This document shows, piece after piece, positions 14,769 through 27,923 of a DNA stretch of 64,000 nucleotides. Below the pieces are notes generated by a model, which saw only the letters and a list, made by a program, of their open reading frames with translations, made no database searches and was not told the origin of the DNA. The stretch's first letter is position 1; every line of letters starts with the position of its first letter. A program made the position numbers and the translations under genes. The stretch is from Octopus vulgaris (lineage: Eukaryota). The DNA lies in NCBI GenBank assembly GCA_951406725.2, contig OX597832.1:56854001-56918000 (forward strand), in the 5' to 3' direction.

Positions 14769-15025
14769 ATTAGGGCTTAGTAAAATAAATTACTTTGCCA
14801 CATACTGAACTTAGTAGAAATAGCAGCCAAAAAAAATTTTCTTAGCATTTCTACTACTTAAAGAAAATTTCTCTCAGATAATGTTTACTCCAGACAGCTC
14901 ACGAAGGTTTGGAGGTAAATACAGAAAAATATCACAAGTACATAGATCGTTTGAGTACGTCAACGTTTCAAGATTAGCCAGTATGTGGCAAAGTAATTTA
15001 TTTTACTAAGCCCTAATTATATAAT
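14761..15025. repeat. Perfect 47-bp inverted repeat (14761-14807 / 14979-15025) between (TA)n tracts
   Basis: attatataattagggcttagtaaaataaattactttgccacatactg and its exact reverse complement. Confidence 0.9.
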
Positions 15026-15505
15026 GTAATATTTTGAATTCGCCTTAAATGGTCCTTTTACATACTGAACACTTGGTGAAATTGATTAATTAATTAATTT
15101 TACCCTCAATTGTTGATATATATATATATATATATATATATGATATGAGCTTCATTTAGTTTCCGTCTACTGAATCCACTGGTAAGGCCTTGGTTAGCCC
15201 AAAGCTATACTAGAAGATACTTTGCCCAAGGTGGCATGCAGTGGGACTGAACCTGGTACCAGATGGCTGGGAAACAAGCTTCTTACCACACAGCCACACC
15301 TGCACCTATCTTTCTCTCTCTCTGTATATATATATATATATGATGGATTGCCGTCATATCATTCTTTCTTTCTTACCTGTCTGTGTTTGCCTTTTAAGTG
15401 CTGTGTTTTTACTGAGATCCCCCTTTTAGTAGAAGGAATAGCTATATCTCTTTGACTGCTATTTCTAAATTCGGTGTGTTGGTGAGGCAATTCGTTGCTA
15501 AACCC

Positions 15506-15618
<113 letters not shown>

Positions 15619-16236
15619 GACCTATGTATATATCAGGCACGTGCCAGTAATAACTACTCAGGGTAAGCAGTTAGTGACTCATGCTAAACAAATGAATACA
15701 CTTGCTTCTAGCATGCATGTTTGTACGAGTGTATGCATGCCTCTTGTCATCGTCGTCATCATCATCATCATCACTTAATGTCTGTTTTCCATGTTCGCAT
15801 GGATTGCACAGTTTCACAAGAGCTGGTCAGCTGGAGAGTTGTACCAGGACCTACTTGTTTGTTTTAGTACGGTTTCTTATTTCTTTACTGCCCACAAGGG
15901 GCTACACACAGAGGGGACAAACAAGGACAGACAAACAGATTAAGTCGATTATAATGACCCAAGTGTGTAACTGGTACTTATTTAATTGACCCCGAAAGGA
16001 TGAAAGGCAAGGTCGAACTTGGTGGAATTCGAACTCAGAATGTAACGACAGACGAAATACTGTTAAGCATTTCGCCCGGCGTGCTAACGTTTTTGCCAGC
16101 TTGCCGCCCTCTGTCAGCTTGCCATAAGGCTTCTAGGCTGGATGCCCTGCCTAACACCAACCACTTTGCAAAGTGTGCAAGGTGCTTCTTATGTGTCACC
16201 AACACACACATACACACACATGTGTACTTATGTGCA

Positions 16237-16267
<31 letters not shown>

Positions 16268-17418
16268 GTGTGTGTGTGTGTGTGTCTATAGAGAAATAGG
16301 GAAATTTGTCAAGTTAGCATATCCACTATGAAAGTTCACTGATACCATATTATACCTTTCCTTGGCATTAGGAAAGACATCCAAACACAGAAATCATGCC
16401 AAAACAGACAACAGAGTTTGGCATAAGCTTCCAGCTTGCCAGCGCTTGCCAAGCTGGCCATCACAGGTCAGCATGGAGCATGGAGAACAGCTGTTAACTG
16501 ATGATGATGATGAAGATATGCTGATACTGTGTGGACTGGCTTTCCCATTGACAGAAATCTGATATCAAATAAAGTGCTAAACAACTTATAGTATGCAGAC
16601 TAGCAGTGAAGCACCGGAGATTTGTAGCTCCTGGATACTGATGCGTATATAAACAGATTTGCTGTTTGATTCTCAGGGATCGGCAAAGTGATGAAGACAC
16701 CTCTGAGGAGATTCTGATAAGGGTTGAAAATCGATTAACACACTTCATAATTTCTTTTCAGTCTACAGAGAAATAACTAAATTTGCCATGTTTATATGTC
16801 TACAGCATTAGTCTATATATATACACACACATGCAGGCAAACGTACATTTATACATACATACATACATATATATGTATATATATATATACACACACACAT
16901 GCAGGCAAACGTACATTTATACATACATACATATATATGTATATATATATATACACACACATGCGAGCAAACATACATTTATACATAAATACATATATAT
17001 ATATGTATATATATATATATAGAGAGAGATTCAGATGAATATGGTACTTAAGTTGAGGCACCAGAATTTAGTACAGTATTATCCATACAATTTCAAAATA
17101 AGGTGATTAAAATCAAAATAAACAACAAGGATATCTAGAGGTAATGCAGTGCGATCGTTCCATGCATGAAACGATCAGTCAAACTGTGTGCCACCTTGGG
17201 CAAGTATCTTTTACTATAGCCTCAAGCAGAACAAAACCTTGTGGATGGATTTGGTCGGCAGAAAACTGAAAGAAGCCCATCAAATATGTGTGTGTGTGTC
17301 TCTGTCTGTGTTTATCCCCTACCACCACTTGATAACCGGTGTTGGTGTGTTTATGGCAAAAAAGTCTGGCAAAAAAGATTAATAGAATAATAAGTACCAG
17401 GCTTTCGAAAAAAGGAAA

Positions 17419-17520
<102 letters not shown>

Positions 17521-17562
17521 TGTTTAGCGTCCGCTTTCCATGCTAGCATGGGATGGACGGTA

Positions 17563-17594
<32 letters not shown>

Positions 17595-18185
17595 GCACTG
17601 GGGTTGACTGATTTGTTCAACTAAAAATTCTTTAAAGCAGAGTCCCAGCATGGCTGCAGTCTAATGTCTGAAACAAGTGGAAGACAAAAGATTAAGACTT
17701 CTTTGAGAAGCTTCTCTGAGATATAAAAATACAACCAGAACCATTCTGTGTTTGTATACACATCATAAAAGGTTATATACACTATCTTAATCTAACACTG
17801 TTACAAGCGTTTATATTAACTGCGTTTAACATGATGATTATAATGATGATGCTGTGTAGAAACATTACAATGATGATGATGATGATGACGATAATGAAAG
17901 TGAAAGTTGGAGTTAAGACGAAAGAGATAAAGTACAGCTGCTCAAATCAAAACAGTTTTAAATAATATTTTGCTTTGTGTTGGTGTCTACCAGGGCAACG
18001 CATCAAAGCAATAAAAAGAAAAACAGCAAAGCAATGAAAAGAAAACAGTGATAACTTGTTGATAATAGCCATCTTAACACTTGTAGACATGATGGTTTGT
18101 GTATATAGACATCATGGTATGTGTATATAGACATCATGGTATGTGTATATTCATATGTGTATTGGGTATATCCCTTTATTCTTTT

Positions 18186-18598
18186 ATTCTTTTATTTTGT
18201 TTCAGTCATTTGACTGCGGCCATGCTGGAGCACCACCTTTAGTCGAACAAATCGACCCCAATACTTATTTCTTTGTAAGCCTAGTACTTATTCTATCGGT
18301 CTCTTTTGCCGAACTGCTAAGTTACAGGGGATGTAAATAAACCAACATCGGTTGTCAAGCAATGGTTGGTGGGGACAAATGCAGACAAACACGTACACAG
18401 ACACACATGCAAACGGCTTTTTCAGTTTCCGTCTACCAAATCCACTCACAAGGCTTTGGTCAGCCCAAGGCTACAGTAGAAGACACTTACTCACGGTGCC
18501 ACGCAGTGGGACTGAACCTGGAACCATGTGGTTTGTAGGCAAGCTAATTACCACACAGCCACTTCTGCAACTACACCACACAGCCACTCCTGCACCTA
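18186..18598 (-). mobile_element. SINE family A (tRNA-derived, internal CA/TA microsatellite), representative copy. Others at ~3478-3840, 14310-14690, 15145-15306, 17180-17690(+), 26010-26608, 31555-32005, 34838-35372, 36050-36447, 36640-37048, 37231-37610(+), 49370-49570, 52566-52990(+), 59710-60015(+)
   Basis: Head ggctgtgtggtaag...ggttcagtcccactgcgtggcaccttgggcaag, body gccttgtgagtggatttggtagacggaaactgaaagaagc, tail gctccagcatggccacagtcaaatgactgaaacaagtaaaaga. Confidence 0.9.
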
Positions 18599-19587
18599 CA
18601 AAAATATATACACACACATCTATACATATATATATATCTTTTACTTGTTTCAGTCATTTGACTGTGGCCACACTGGGGCACCATTTTGAATGATTTACTT
18701 GAAGAAATTAACCCCAAAATTTCTTTTTCTTTTTAAGCCTGGTACTTGTTCCATTGATCTCTCTTTGTTGTACTTTTAAGCTGCAGCGACATAAAGAAAA
18801 CCCAACACTGATTATCAAAGCATATATATGTGTGTGTATGTGTGTGAGTGTGGAGGTGCATGGCTTAGTGGTTAGGGTGTCAGCATCATGATCGTAAGAT
18901 TGTGCTTTCGATTCCTGGACTGGGTGACACGTTGTGTTCTTGAGCAAAACACTTCATTTCACATTGCTCCAGTCCACTCAGCTGGCAAAAATGAGTAACA
19001 CTGTGATGGACTGGTGTCCTATCCAGCTGGGGAACACATATGCCATTCAAACCGGGAAACCAGGCCCATGAGCCTGGCTAGGCTTTGAAAGGGCGCATTT
19101 ATTTATTTTTCTATATGTATATATATTTATAGATATATATGTATATATATACAACAAGCTCCTTTCAGTATCTGTCTATTAAATCCACTTACAAGGCTTT
19201 GGCTGGGTCGGGACCATAGTAGAAGACCCTTACTCAAGTTGCCATGCAGAGGAATTGAACCTGGAACTATGGAGGCAAACTACCACACAACCACACCTGC
19301 ACCTATGTATATCAGAACCACACATCCTTTATTGTGTTTGTATATTGCAAATCTTTCCATTTGTATATTTTATATTTAGTGTTAGCTTTCGTCATTGTCC
19401 TCAATGTTCGCCCACTGCTATTCCCAGCAGCTTTTCACTGTTGACACCACCAAAATTGAATAAGATTATCATTAAAGGCGTGAAATTGTAATGATGTTTG
19501 GGATGATGAAGAAAGAACACCTCCACCTCTTGTGTGAGAATTTTTCGTTCATTCCTTTGTGTTTCTATTTAGTTTTTGACACTTAAA

Positions 19588-19635
<48 letters not shown>

Positions 19636-19704
19636 GAGGCAGACAGACAGACATACACACAGGTGAGCACATAAGTGCAAAATTAAAGTGGAAAAAATAT
19701 TTAT

Positions 19705-19889
<185 letters not shown>

Positions 19890-19890
19890 T

Positions 19891-19971
<81 letters not shown>

Positions 19972-20177
19972 CATATAGGCACAAGGCCTGAAATTTAGGG
20001 AAGGAGGCTAGTCAATTTCATTGACCCCCGTGTGTAACTGGTACTTATTTAATCAACATCAAAACGATGAAAAGCAAAGTCGACCCTGGCGGAATTTGAT
20101 CTCAGAATGTACCGGCAATCAAAATACTGCTAAGCATTTAGCCCGGCATGCTAACGATCCTACCAGCTCACTGCCTT

Positions 20178-20217
<40 letters not shown>

Positions 20218-20238
20218 ACACACATTATCTCTATCATC

Positions 20239-20281
<43 letters not shown>

Positions 20282-20899
20282 TATGTACACATAATACACA
20301 CACACAAACAACTCATTGGGAACGCCAACAATGCATTGAAATCTTGAAATCTTGGTAGATATCAAAGCATTTCAACATTTCAAAAGAGTTCCATAAAAGA
20401 TGAATTTTCCTAAGAAGAAGGTAGCCTTTGACCTTTTTTACCATTTCAAGGGAGCTTTTAAAAACCCTGTATATCCATTAAGATGCTATTATTTATAACT
20501 GTATCTGCTTTAGAGTCTCAACCTTAAATTAATTTTAAATAGCGATGCCTAATGCAACATTGGAGAAATATACTCCAAGAAACTATAGACATGCAGTATA
20601 GGAAGTCAGTAGAAGCAGCTGAGAAGGAAAGAGGGAGAGAGGGAGGTAGGGAGAAAGGGAGGGAGGGGTAGAGTGATAGAAAAGGAGGGGGAGATACAGA
20701 TGGGGAGGAAGGGAAGAAGAAATATAGAGAGAAAGAGAGGGATGGGTGAGAGAGAGAGGGAGGGAGAGAGGTAGAGAGAAAGGGAGAGAGAGAAGGAAGG
20801 GGAGGTAGATAGAGATGTGAGGGAGGAAGGTGGAGAAAGATAGAGAGAAAAGGCAGGGGAGGAAGGGGAGATAAATAGGTAGATAGATAGACAGACAGC

Positions 20900-20931
<32 letters not shown>

Positions 20932-21029
20932 TAGTTCGATATAGATAGAGAGACACCGGAGTAAACACATAAATGTGAAACAAGGTGGAAAAAAGAGTAC
21001 TCAAATACCATGGGTAGAGAGTAATATGG

Positions 21030-21107
21030 TTTATTTAAAAGCAGCAGAAAATTCAACAAAACTCAGAGTAACAGATTTTATTGAATTTTCTGCTGCTTTT
21101 AAATAAA
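21030..21107. repeat. 32-bp-arm hairpin derived from module X
   Basis: Arms at 21030-21061 and 21076-21107 with one mismatch and a 14-nt loop. Confidence 0.9.
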
Positions 21108-21856
21108 GTAGATAGAGAGGCAGACAGACAGATAAATAGATAGAGATAGATAGATATAGACAGACAGACAGATAGATAGATTGAGATAGAGATAGATGAA
21201 TAGAAAGTGAGAGAGTTAGAGAGAGAGAGAAAAAGAGAGAAAGAGAGCACAAGGGCCTGACAAGAATAGAACTGGCAGCAGGTGAGATATAATTTAGCTG
21301 AAGCTTTATAAAACTGTAATTGGTGAAATGGAATCTGACATCAAATGGCACTACACCAGGGAAGACACTGAGGGACAGGACCCTCATTAGGGTTATTCAA
21401 TCAGCTGGAAATCAAAACCAAATCTCTCTTAAATTACATCCTTTTCTCTTGAGAAAAAGAAAATGACATACCGGATAAAGTAATCCTAGAGATTTCAGAG
21501 AAAAATACAGAAAAGATGGACAGATTCACATGAAAAAGTGCACGCCTTGGGTTAAGAACATCATCAACTGAGCAAACAAAGATGCCTCTACATGGTCACT
21601 CAAACCACAAGAAATAGCAGCCAAATGTCCCTCTACTACACTCTGCTAACTTAACGAAAGAAAGAACACATTGGATAATAATAAAATTTTGCATGCTTAT
21701 TCTTAATATATTCCAGTAGATTTGAACACAAATATGCTAATTACTGTTGTGTATGTCACAGGAGAATGGCTCCTCCTTTATGATGGCTATGTGTTCCAAT
21801 CCCTTAGAGCAAGGCATTCTGAGATACTGGCTCTTAAGATTCGTTAGTTTGGGTAC

Positions 21857-21899
21857 TTCTGGCTGATGAGACACATCTTGAAACACTGCTGTCCCAGAA
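21857..21899 (+). ncRNA. Candidate type I hammerhead ribozyme
   Basis: Stem I ttctgg/ccagaa, core CTGATGA, weak stem II (ga-cacatc-tt), GAAA, stem III aca-ctgc-tgt, and a GUC cleavage triplet (cut after 21893). Confidence 0.6.
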
Positions 21900-22948
21900 C
21901 CCCTTACTCAAATGAACTGGACTGAGTATGTTATGAACACATAGGTGCAGGATGCTCTCCTGTGACGAACGCAACAGTAATTAGCGTATTTGTGATCAAA
22001 TCTGTGGAAACATTAAGAATAAGTATACAAGTCATCATTTTGATTCTTGCTGCTCTCCGTGAATATGAGGATTTATTACTTTGGACAATGTCATCAAAAT
22101 AGCCATGAATAATGCTAAAAGAGGATGGGGTGGACATGGCTGGGATGTCTTTTGATCACAGGCATTGTATGACTAGGGTTGAACAGATTCTAAACAATAA
22201 TGACAACATCATCAATGAACTAATAATACTTTCTATTATAGGCACAAGGTCTGAAATTTTCAGGGTGGGGACTAGTTGATTACATCAATCCCAGTACACA
22301 ACTAGTACTTAATTTATTAAATCTGAAAGGACAAAAGGCAAAGTCGACCTCAGCAGAATTTGAACTCAGAACGTAGCGACAGGCGAAATACAACTCAGCA
22401 TTTCATCCAGAATGTAATTAATTCTGCCAAACACCAAGTATGCACTAAAATGCATAAAAACCACAAGATAGCACCGACAAGAACATTGACACTTTATTGT
22501 ACGAGGAACAATGAAAACATGAAGAATTTGGACCATTTTTGAATATCTTTAGTGCTAACAATAAAAATTTAAATCTGCAAACTTGTAAAACTTCATGAAC
22601 ATCATAAATACCAAATTATAGTCACGTTTTTAAAACTGCACGTCTTGCAGGAATATATGAGGTGCCAAAAAAAAAGTTTTAGCATTTTGTCAAATTCATT
22701 TCCTTTTTGTATCAACTTTTCTTCTTAAAAGTGTAAAGACATTCGAACATTAATGTACAGGTATAGTTTTATATTGTCACTTACGTAATGTGTGTGTGTG
22801 TGTGTTATATAATATACATACATGAGTAACTTCACAGCTGTATACACTTTATATATATATATATATATGTATATGTATATTAGTCAGTTAAATTCCAACA
22901 TAGCAATGTTGCAGTTTGACTGATTCTCTGTGTGTGTATGTATGTGAG

Positions 22949-22991
<43 letters not shown>

Positions 22992-23221
22992 ATGTATAGA
23001 GAGAGACACACACACACACACACATTCATCTTCATCCTCATCCAGCATCAGTTTTCCATGCTGGTATGGGTTGGACGGTTTGACAGGATCTGGCAAACCA
23101 AAAGACTGCACCAATCCCTGATGTCTGCTTTGTCACAATTACTATGGTTATACATACTCTTCCTAACCCCAACTATTTTGTAGAGAATACTGGGTCATTT
23201 TATGTGGCACCACAGTGAGAT

Positions 23222-23482
23222 CACTTATTCAGGTGTCTGCAGAATAGTCTTAATGGTAAAAATTTCAATTCTTTGGATGATGTAAAAAGATACCTTGATG
23301 AATTCTTTGCCATGGAACCACCTCAATTCTGGGAAGAGGGTATTTTCAAGTTAAAGGAAAGATGGAAACGCATTGTGCAACAAAATGGTTCATATTTGGT
23401 TGATTAAAAATGTAATGGGAAGTATTTATTGATCTTTTTCTTTCCTTTAAAAATCGGCACAAACTTTCCGGACAACCGAATA
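23222..23482 (+). mobile_element. Mariner transposon 3' fragment (transposase C-terminus plus right TIR)
   Basis: 23222-23407 translates HLFRCLQNSLNGKNFNSLDDVKRYLDEFFAMEPPQFWEEGIFKLKERWKRIVQQNGSYLVD*. A TIR-like aaaatcggcacaaactttccggacaaccgaa and TA follow. Confidence 0.9.
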
Positions 23483-23489
23483 CCTAACC

Positions 23490-23690
23490 CAGTGCTTTTC
23501 AACATTTTTGCTGGAGCAGAACCCCAAGGAAACATTCCATTGGCTCGAGGAACCCCTGTGCAATAATTTAATAGTCTTATGCACACATATCTGCACAGGA
23601 GAATTAAAAATTACTGCCGATTTTAGAAGTTTTGTAACTTCTTGTGGAACCCCTGGACTGAACTGGCAGAACCCTGGTTGAAAACTACTG
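23490..23690. mobile_element. hAT-type MITE (201 bp)
   Basis: TIRs cagtgcttttcaac/gttgaaaactactg and an 8-bp TSD acctaacc (23482-23489, 23691-23698). Confidence 0.9.
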
Positions 23691-24471
23691 ACCTAACCCA
23701 TGCCGGCATGGAAAATGGATGTGAAAATGTTGATGATGATGATAATGGAAAGAGACATTATGATAATCACGATGCTATTGCTAATGACAACAACAATGAT
23801 ACTGATGATGACGATGGTGGTGATGAAGACAATGGACATGATGACGACTTTGATCTGTAAATGATTCAGACGAAATCCAATTTCTGTTCAGAGTCATTTT
23901 GAAATCTAGTTGGTGTATTATCATGAAACAAAGCATAGAAAGATCATCTTTGCAACATAATCACCTCTCACAGACCACCAAAAGAAACTAAACACCAACA
24001 TTTACCTTTAATTAAATTCCTGGCTCAAACAACTGATTAACACCTGCTCCCATACAAACAATCTTCTTCACAAATGACAAATAACATTGTCTTCGTCTAT
24101 ATCTCAACACACACCATACCAAATGTTATCATTCTTTAGCACATTTAATACAGGATAGTGCACAAAAAAGTATCCTTAGTTTTCTAGCATGGTGTAAATA
24201 GAGAAATGTATTTACACCCCAAAAAAAGACCACCCAGCCTTTTGTTTGTAAGTGTCATTGTGCTATTTGGACTGCTTGTAATCGCTGAAAAAAGATGGCG
24301 CACTAGCTGACTCTTTGCTATCTTCACCGCATCCTCATCTCATTAGTTGATCATTAGATTGTGTTGATGAACATCTCTGACTTTTTCTGCAAGATGATGT
24401 ACTCAATAGCAGAAAGAATGCAGGTTGTGGAAGCGTATGCGAGAATAGGTTCTGTCAAACAAAGGCGTGAA

Positions 24472-24689
24472 ACATTATTTACATTATTTACATTTGATGG
24501 ATATTTGTCCTCATTTTGTTTGTTGTTAACACGTTTTGGCTGATATACCCTCCAGCCTTCTTCATGTGTCTTGGAGAAATTTCGAACCTGGCTTTTCATT
24601 CCTAAGGTATTTTTCGATGTTATTATTATTGGTATAGCTGTTAAGACCGCAGGCTACAAACCCCAAGTTCAATGCTAGGCAGTGACCTC

Positions 24690-24757
<68 letters not shown>

Positions 24758-24958
24758 CTTTCTAAGTAATCTCAATGTTTTAAACAAACATAATTTTTTT
24801 TTTTTTAGACATCCACTAGTACAACACCAAAAAAAACCAACCAAATATATGGCACACTAGGCATAACAACAACATGAACCTCCAACCTGTTGCCTCTTGA
24901 GGTCTCTGGGTGAGACTTGGAGCCAACTTGTACAAATATGAAGCAAAAGTCAAACATA

Positions 24959-25027
<69 letters not shown>

Positions 25028-25185
25028 CAACAATATTGAAAAATACCTTAGGAATGAGAACCCAGGTTCGAAATTTCCCCAAGACACCTGATGAAGGCTG
25101 GAGGGTATATCAGCCAAAATGCTGTGTTAACAACAAACAGGATGAGGACAAATATCCGTCAAATGTAAATAATGTACATAATTCC
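24472..25185. mobile_element. Divergent inverted pair of hammerhead-tailed SINE-like elements (minus 24472-24630; plus 24631-25185 with internal insertion)
   Basis: Arms are reverse complements over ~150 bp. The plus copy has a tRNA-like head, (AAT)n and gacacctgatgaaggctg-gagggtatat-cagccaaaa. Confidence 0.8.
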
Positions 25186-25194
25186 ATAATAATG

Positions 25195-25640
25195 GAAGGA
25201 CAGATAGATGGACAGATGGAAGGATGGATGGACAAATGAGCAGACAGATGGATATATGAACAGACAGGACAGATAGATGGACAGATAGAAGGATAGGTGG
25301 ACAAATGAGCAGACAGATGGATATATGAACAGACAGGACAGATAGATGGACAGATAGAAGGATAGATGGACAAATGAGCAGACAGATGGATATACGAACA
25401 GACAGGACAGATAGATGGACAGATGGATATATGAACAGACGGAAGGACAGATAGATGGAGAGATGGAAGGATGTATAGACAAATGAGCAGATAGATGGAC
25501 AGTTAGAAGGATAGATGGACAAATGAGCAGACAGATGGATATATGAACAGACAGGACAGATAGCTGGACAGATGGATATATGAATGGACAGAAGGATAGA
25601 TAGACAAATGAGCAGATAGATGGACAGATAGAAAGGCAGA
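25195..25640. repeat. 69-bp minisatellite built from GACA/GATG tetramers
   Basis: gacaaatgagcagacagatgg recurs at 25231, 25300 and 25369, then degenerates. Confidence 0.9.
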
Positions 25641-27286
25641 CAATGAGACAAAGAAATGGGTACTAAATGCAATTCAACTGTGACCATAAATTCATTGCAG
25701 ATGTTTTTGTTTGATCATTTTGGCAAGATGTAGAACATTTCCTTGACTCTATGGAAACAGACTAATATAGTTTCTCTGTCTGTTTAAAAATAAACTCTTA
25801 ACAAAGCCATTGTTACGAGTAAAAGCAATAAAAAGATCACTTCACTTCAAAACTTATCCAATTTAAACGAGAATAGAGAAGTCGATGTTGTTTAGGTCCA
25901 AATTACGTCCGATTGAGTAGACCTGTGATCAAAGCTGTTCCAATTATGACCATCTAGTCTTTTTACTTTAGTTTAGGCATGGTGTATCCAGGACTATCTT
26001 TTATCTTTTCCTTGTTTCAGTCAATAGACTGTGGCCATGCTGGGGCACCACCTTAAAGAACATTTCTAGTCGAATGAATCCATCCCAGTACTTATTGTCT
26101 GAAGCCTGGTATTAATTCTATCGATCTCTTCTTGCTGAACTGCTAAGTTATGGGGATGTGAACACACTAAGACCAGTTGCCACCTGGTGGTGGAGGACAA
26201 ACACCACACACATTATTTTATTCTTTTACTTGTTTCCATCATTTTTGACTGTGGCCATGCTGGAGCACCGCCTTCTAGTCGAACAAATTGACCCCAGGAC
26301 TTATTCTTTGTAAGCCTAGTATTCTATCAGTCTCTTTTGCCGAACTTCTATGATTACAGGGACGTAAACACACCAACATTGGTTGTCAAGTAATGGAGGG
26401 GGGTGGACACAGACACACAAATATACACACACACACACATACATACAAAGCGCTTCTTTTAGTTTCTGCCTCCCAAATCCACTCACAAGGCTTTTGTTGG
26501 CCCAAGGCTTTAGTAGAAGTCATTTGCCCAAGGTGCCATGCAGTGGGACTGAACCCAGAACCCTGTAGTTAAGAAGCAAGCTTCTCACTACACAGCCACT
26601 CCTGCACCTATTCTTTTACTTGTTTCAGTCATTTGACTGGGACCATGCTAGAGCACCACCTTATTTTATATATATATATATATAATAAATAACAGTTTCA
26701 AATTTTGGCACAAGGCCAGCAATTTTTGGGGCAGGGGCAAGTCATTTACATCAATCCCAAGGCTCAACTGGAACTTATTTTATCAACCCCCAAAAGGATG
26801 AAGGACTAAGTTGACCTCGGCAGCTTTTGAACTCAGAACATCAAGTCAGAAGGAATGTCCCTAAGAATTTTGCTGGCATGCTAGGGATTCTGACAAAGAC
26901 AACCCTGGCAGAATTTGAACTCAGAACATAGCGACAGAAGAAATACCGCTTAGCATTTCGTCTGGCGTGCTAACGATTCTGGCAACTTGCCACCTTGATA
27001 ATGATAATAATCTTCTCTACTAAAGGCACAAGGCCTAAAATTTGGTTGGAGGGGACTAGCTGATTACATCAATCCCAGGGCATCACTGGCGCCCAATTTA
27101 TTGACTCCAAAAGAATGAAAGGCAAAAGTTGACCTCGTCGGAATTTGAACTCAGGACATAAAGATGGACGAAACACCGTAAAGCGTTTTGCATGTTGTGA
27201 TAACAGTTCTACCAGCTCACCACCTTAATAATAACAACAACAACAATAATAATAATAATGATAATGATAATAATCGTAATAATAAT

Positions 27287-27502
27287 CTTTTCTACTCTAG
27301 GCACAAGGCCCAGAATTTTGGGGGAGGAGGCCAGTCATTTAGATCGATCCCCAGTATGCAACTGGTACTTAATTTATTGACCCTGAAAGGATGAAAGGCA
27401 AAGTTGACCCCAGTGGAATTTGAACTCAGAACGTAAAGATGAACAAAATACTGCTAAGCATTTTGCACGGCGTGCTAACGATTCTGCCAGTTCGTCGCCT
27501 TA
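27287..27502 (-). mobile_element. SINE family B (tRNA-derived, CORE-like), representative copy. Others at ~1950-2125, 4435-4785, 6620-6827, 15876-16110, 19975-20177, 22230-22430, 26693-27225, 27580-27790, 32400-33005, 34237-34390(+), 48317-48515(+), 50351-50574, 57815-58017, 62735-62943, 63633-63851
   Basis: Consensus aaggcggcgagctggcagaatcgttagcacgcc...ctgagttcaaattcc...ttgcctttcatcctttc...taagtaccagtt, with an (ATT)n tail. Confidence 0.9.
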
Positions 27503-27524
27503 AATAATAACAACAATAGTAATG

Positions 27525-27570
<46 letters not shown>

Positions 27571-27791
27571 TAATAATAATCTTTTCTACTCCAGGCACAA
27601 GGCCCGAAATTTTGGAGGAGGGGTCCAGTCGATCGACCCCAGTATGATTGACCCCAGCAAGCAACTGGTACTTAATTTATTGAACCCAAAAGGATGAAAA
27701 GCAAAGTTGACCTTTGTGGAATTTGAACTTAGAACATAAAGACAGACAAAATACCGCTAAGTATTTCGCACGGCATGCTGACGATTCTTCC

Positions 27792-27822
<31 letters not shown>

Positions 27823-27882
27823 TAATAAATAATAATAATAATAATGATAAAAATAATAATAAATAATAATAATAATGATAAA

Positions 27883-27923
<41 letters not shown>

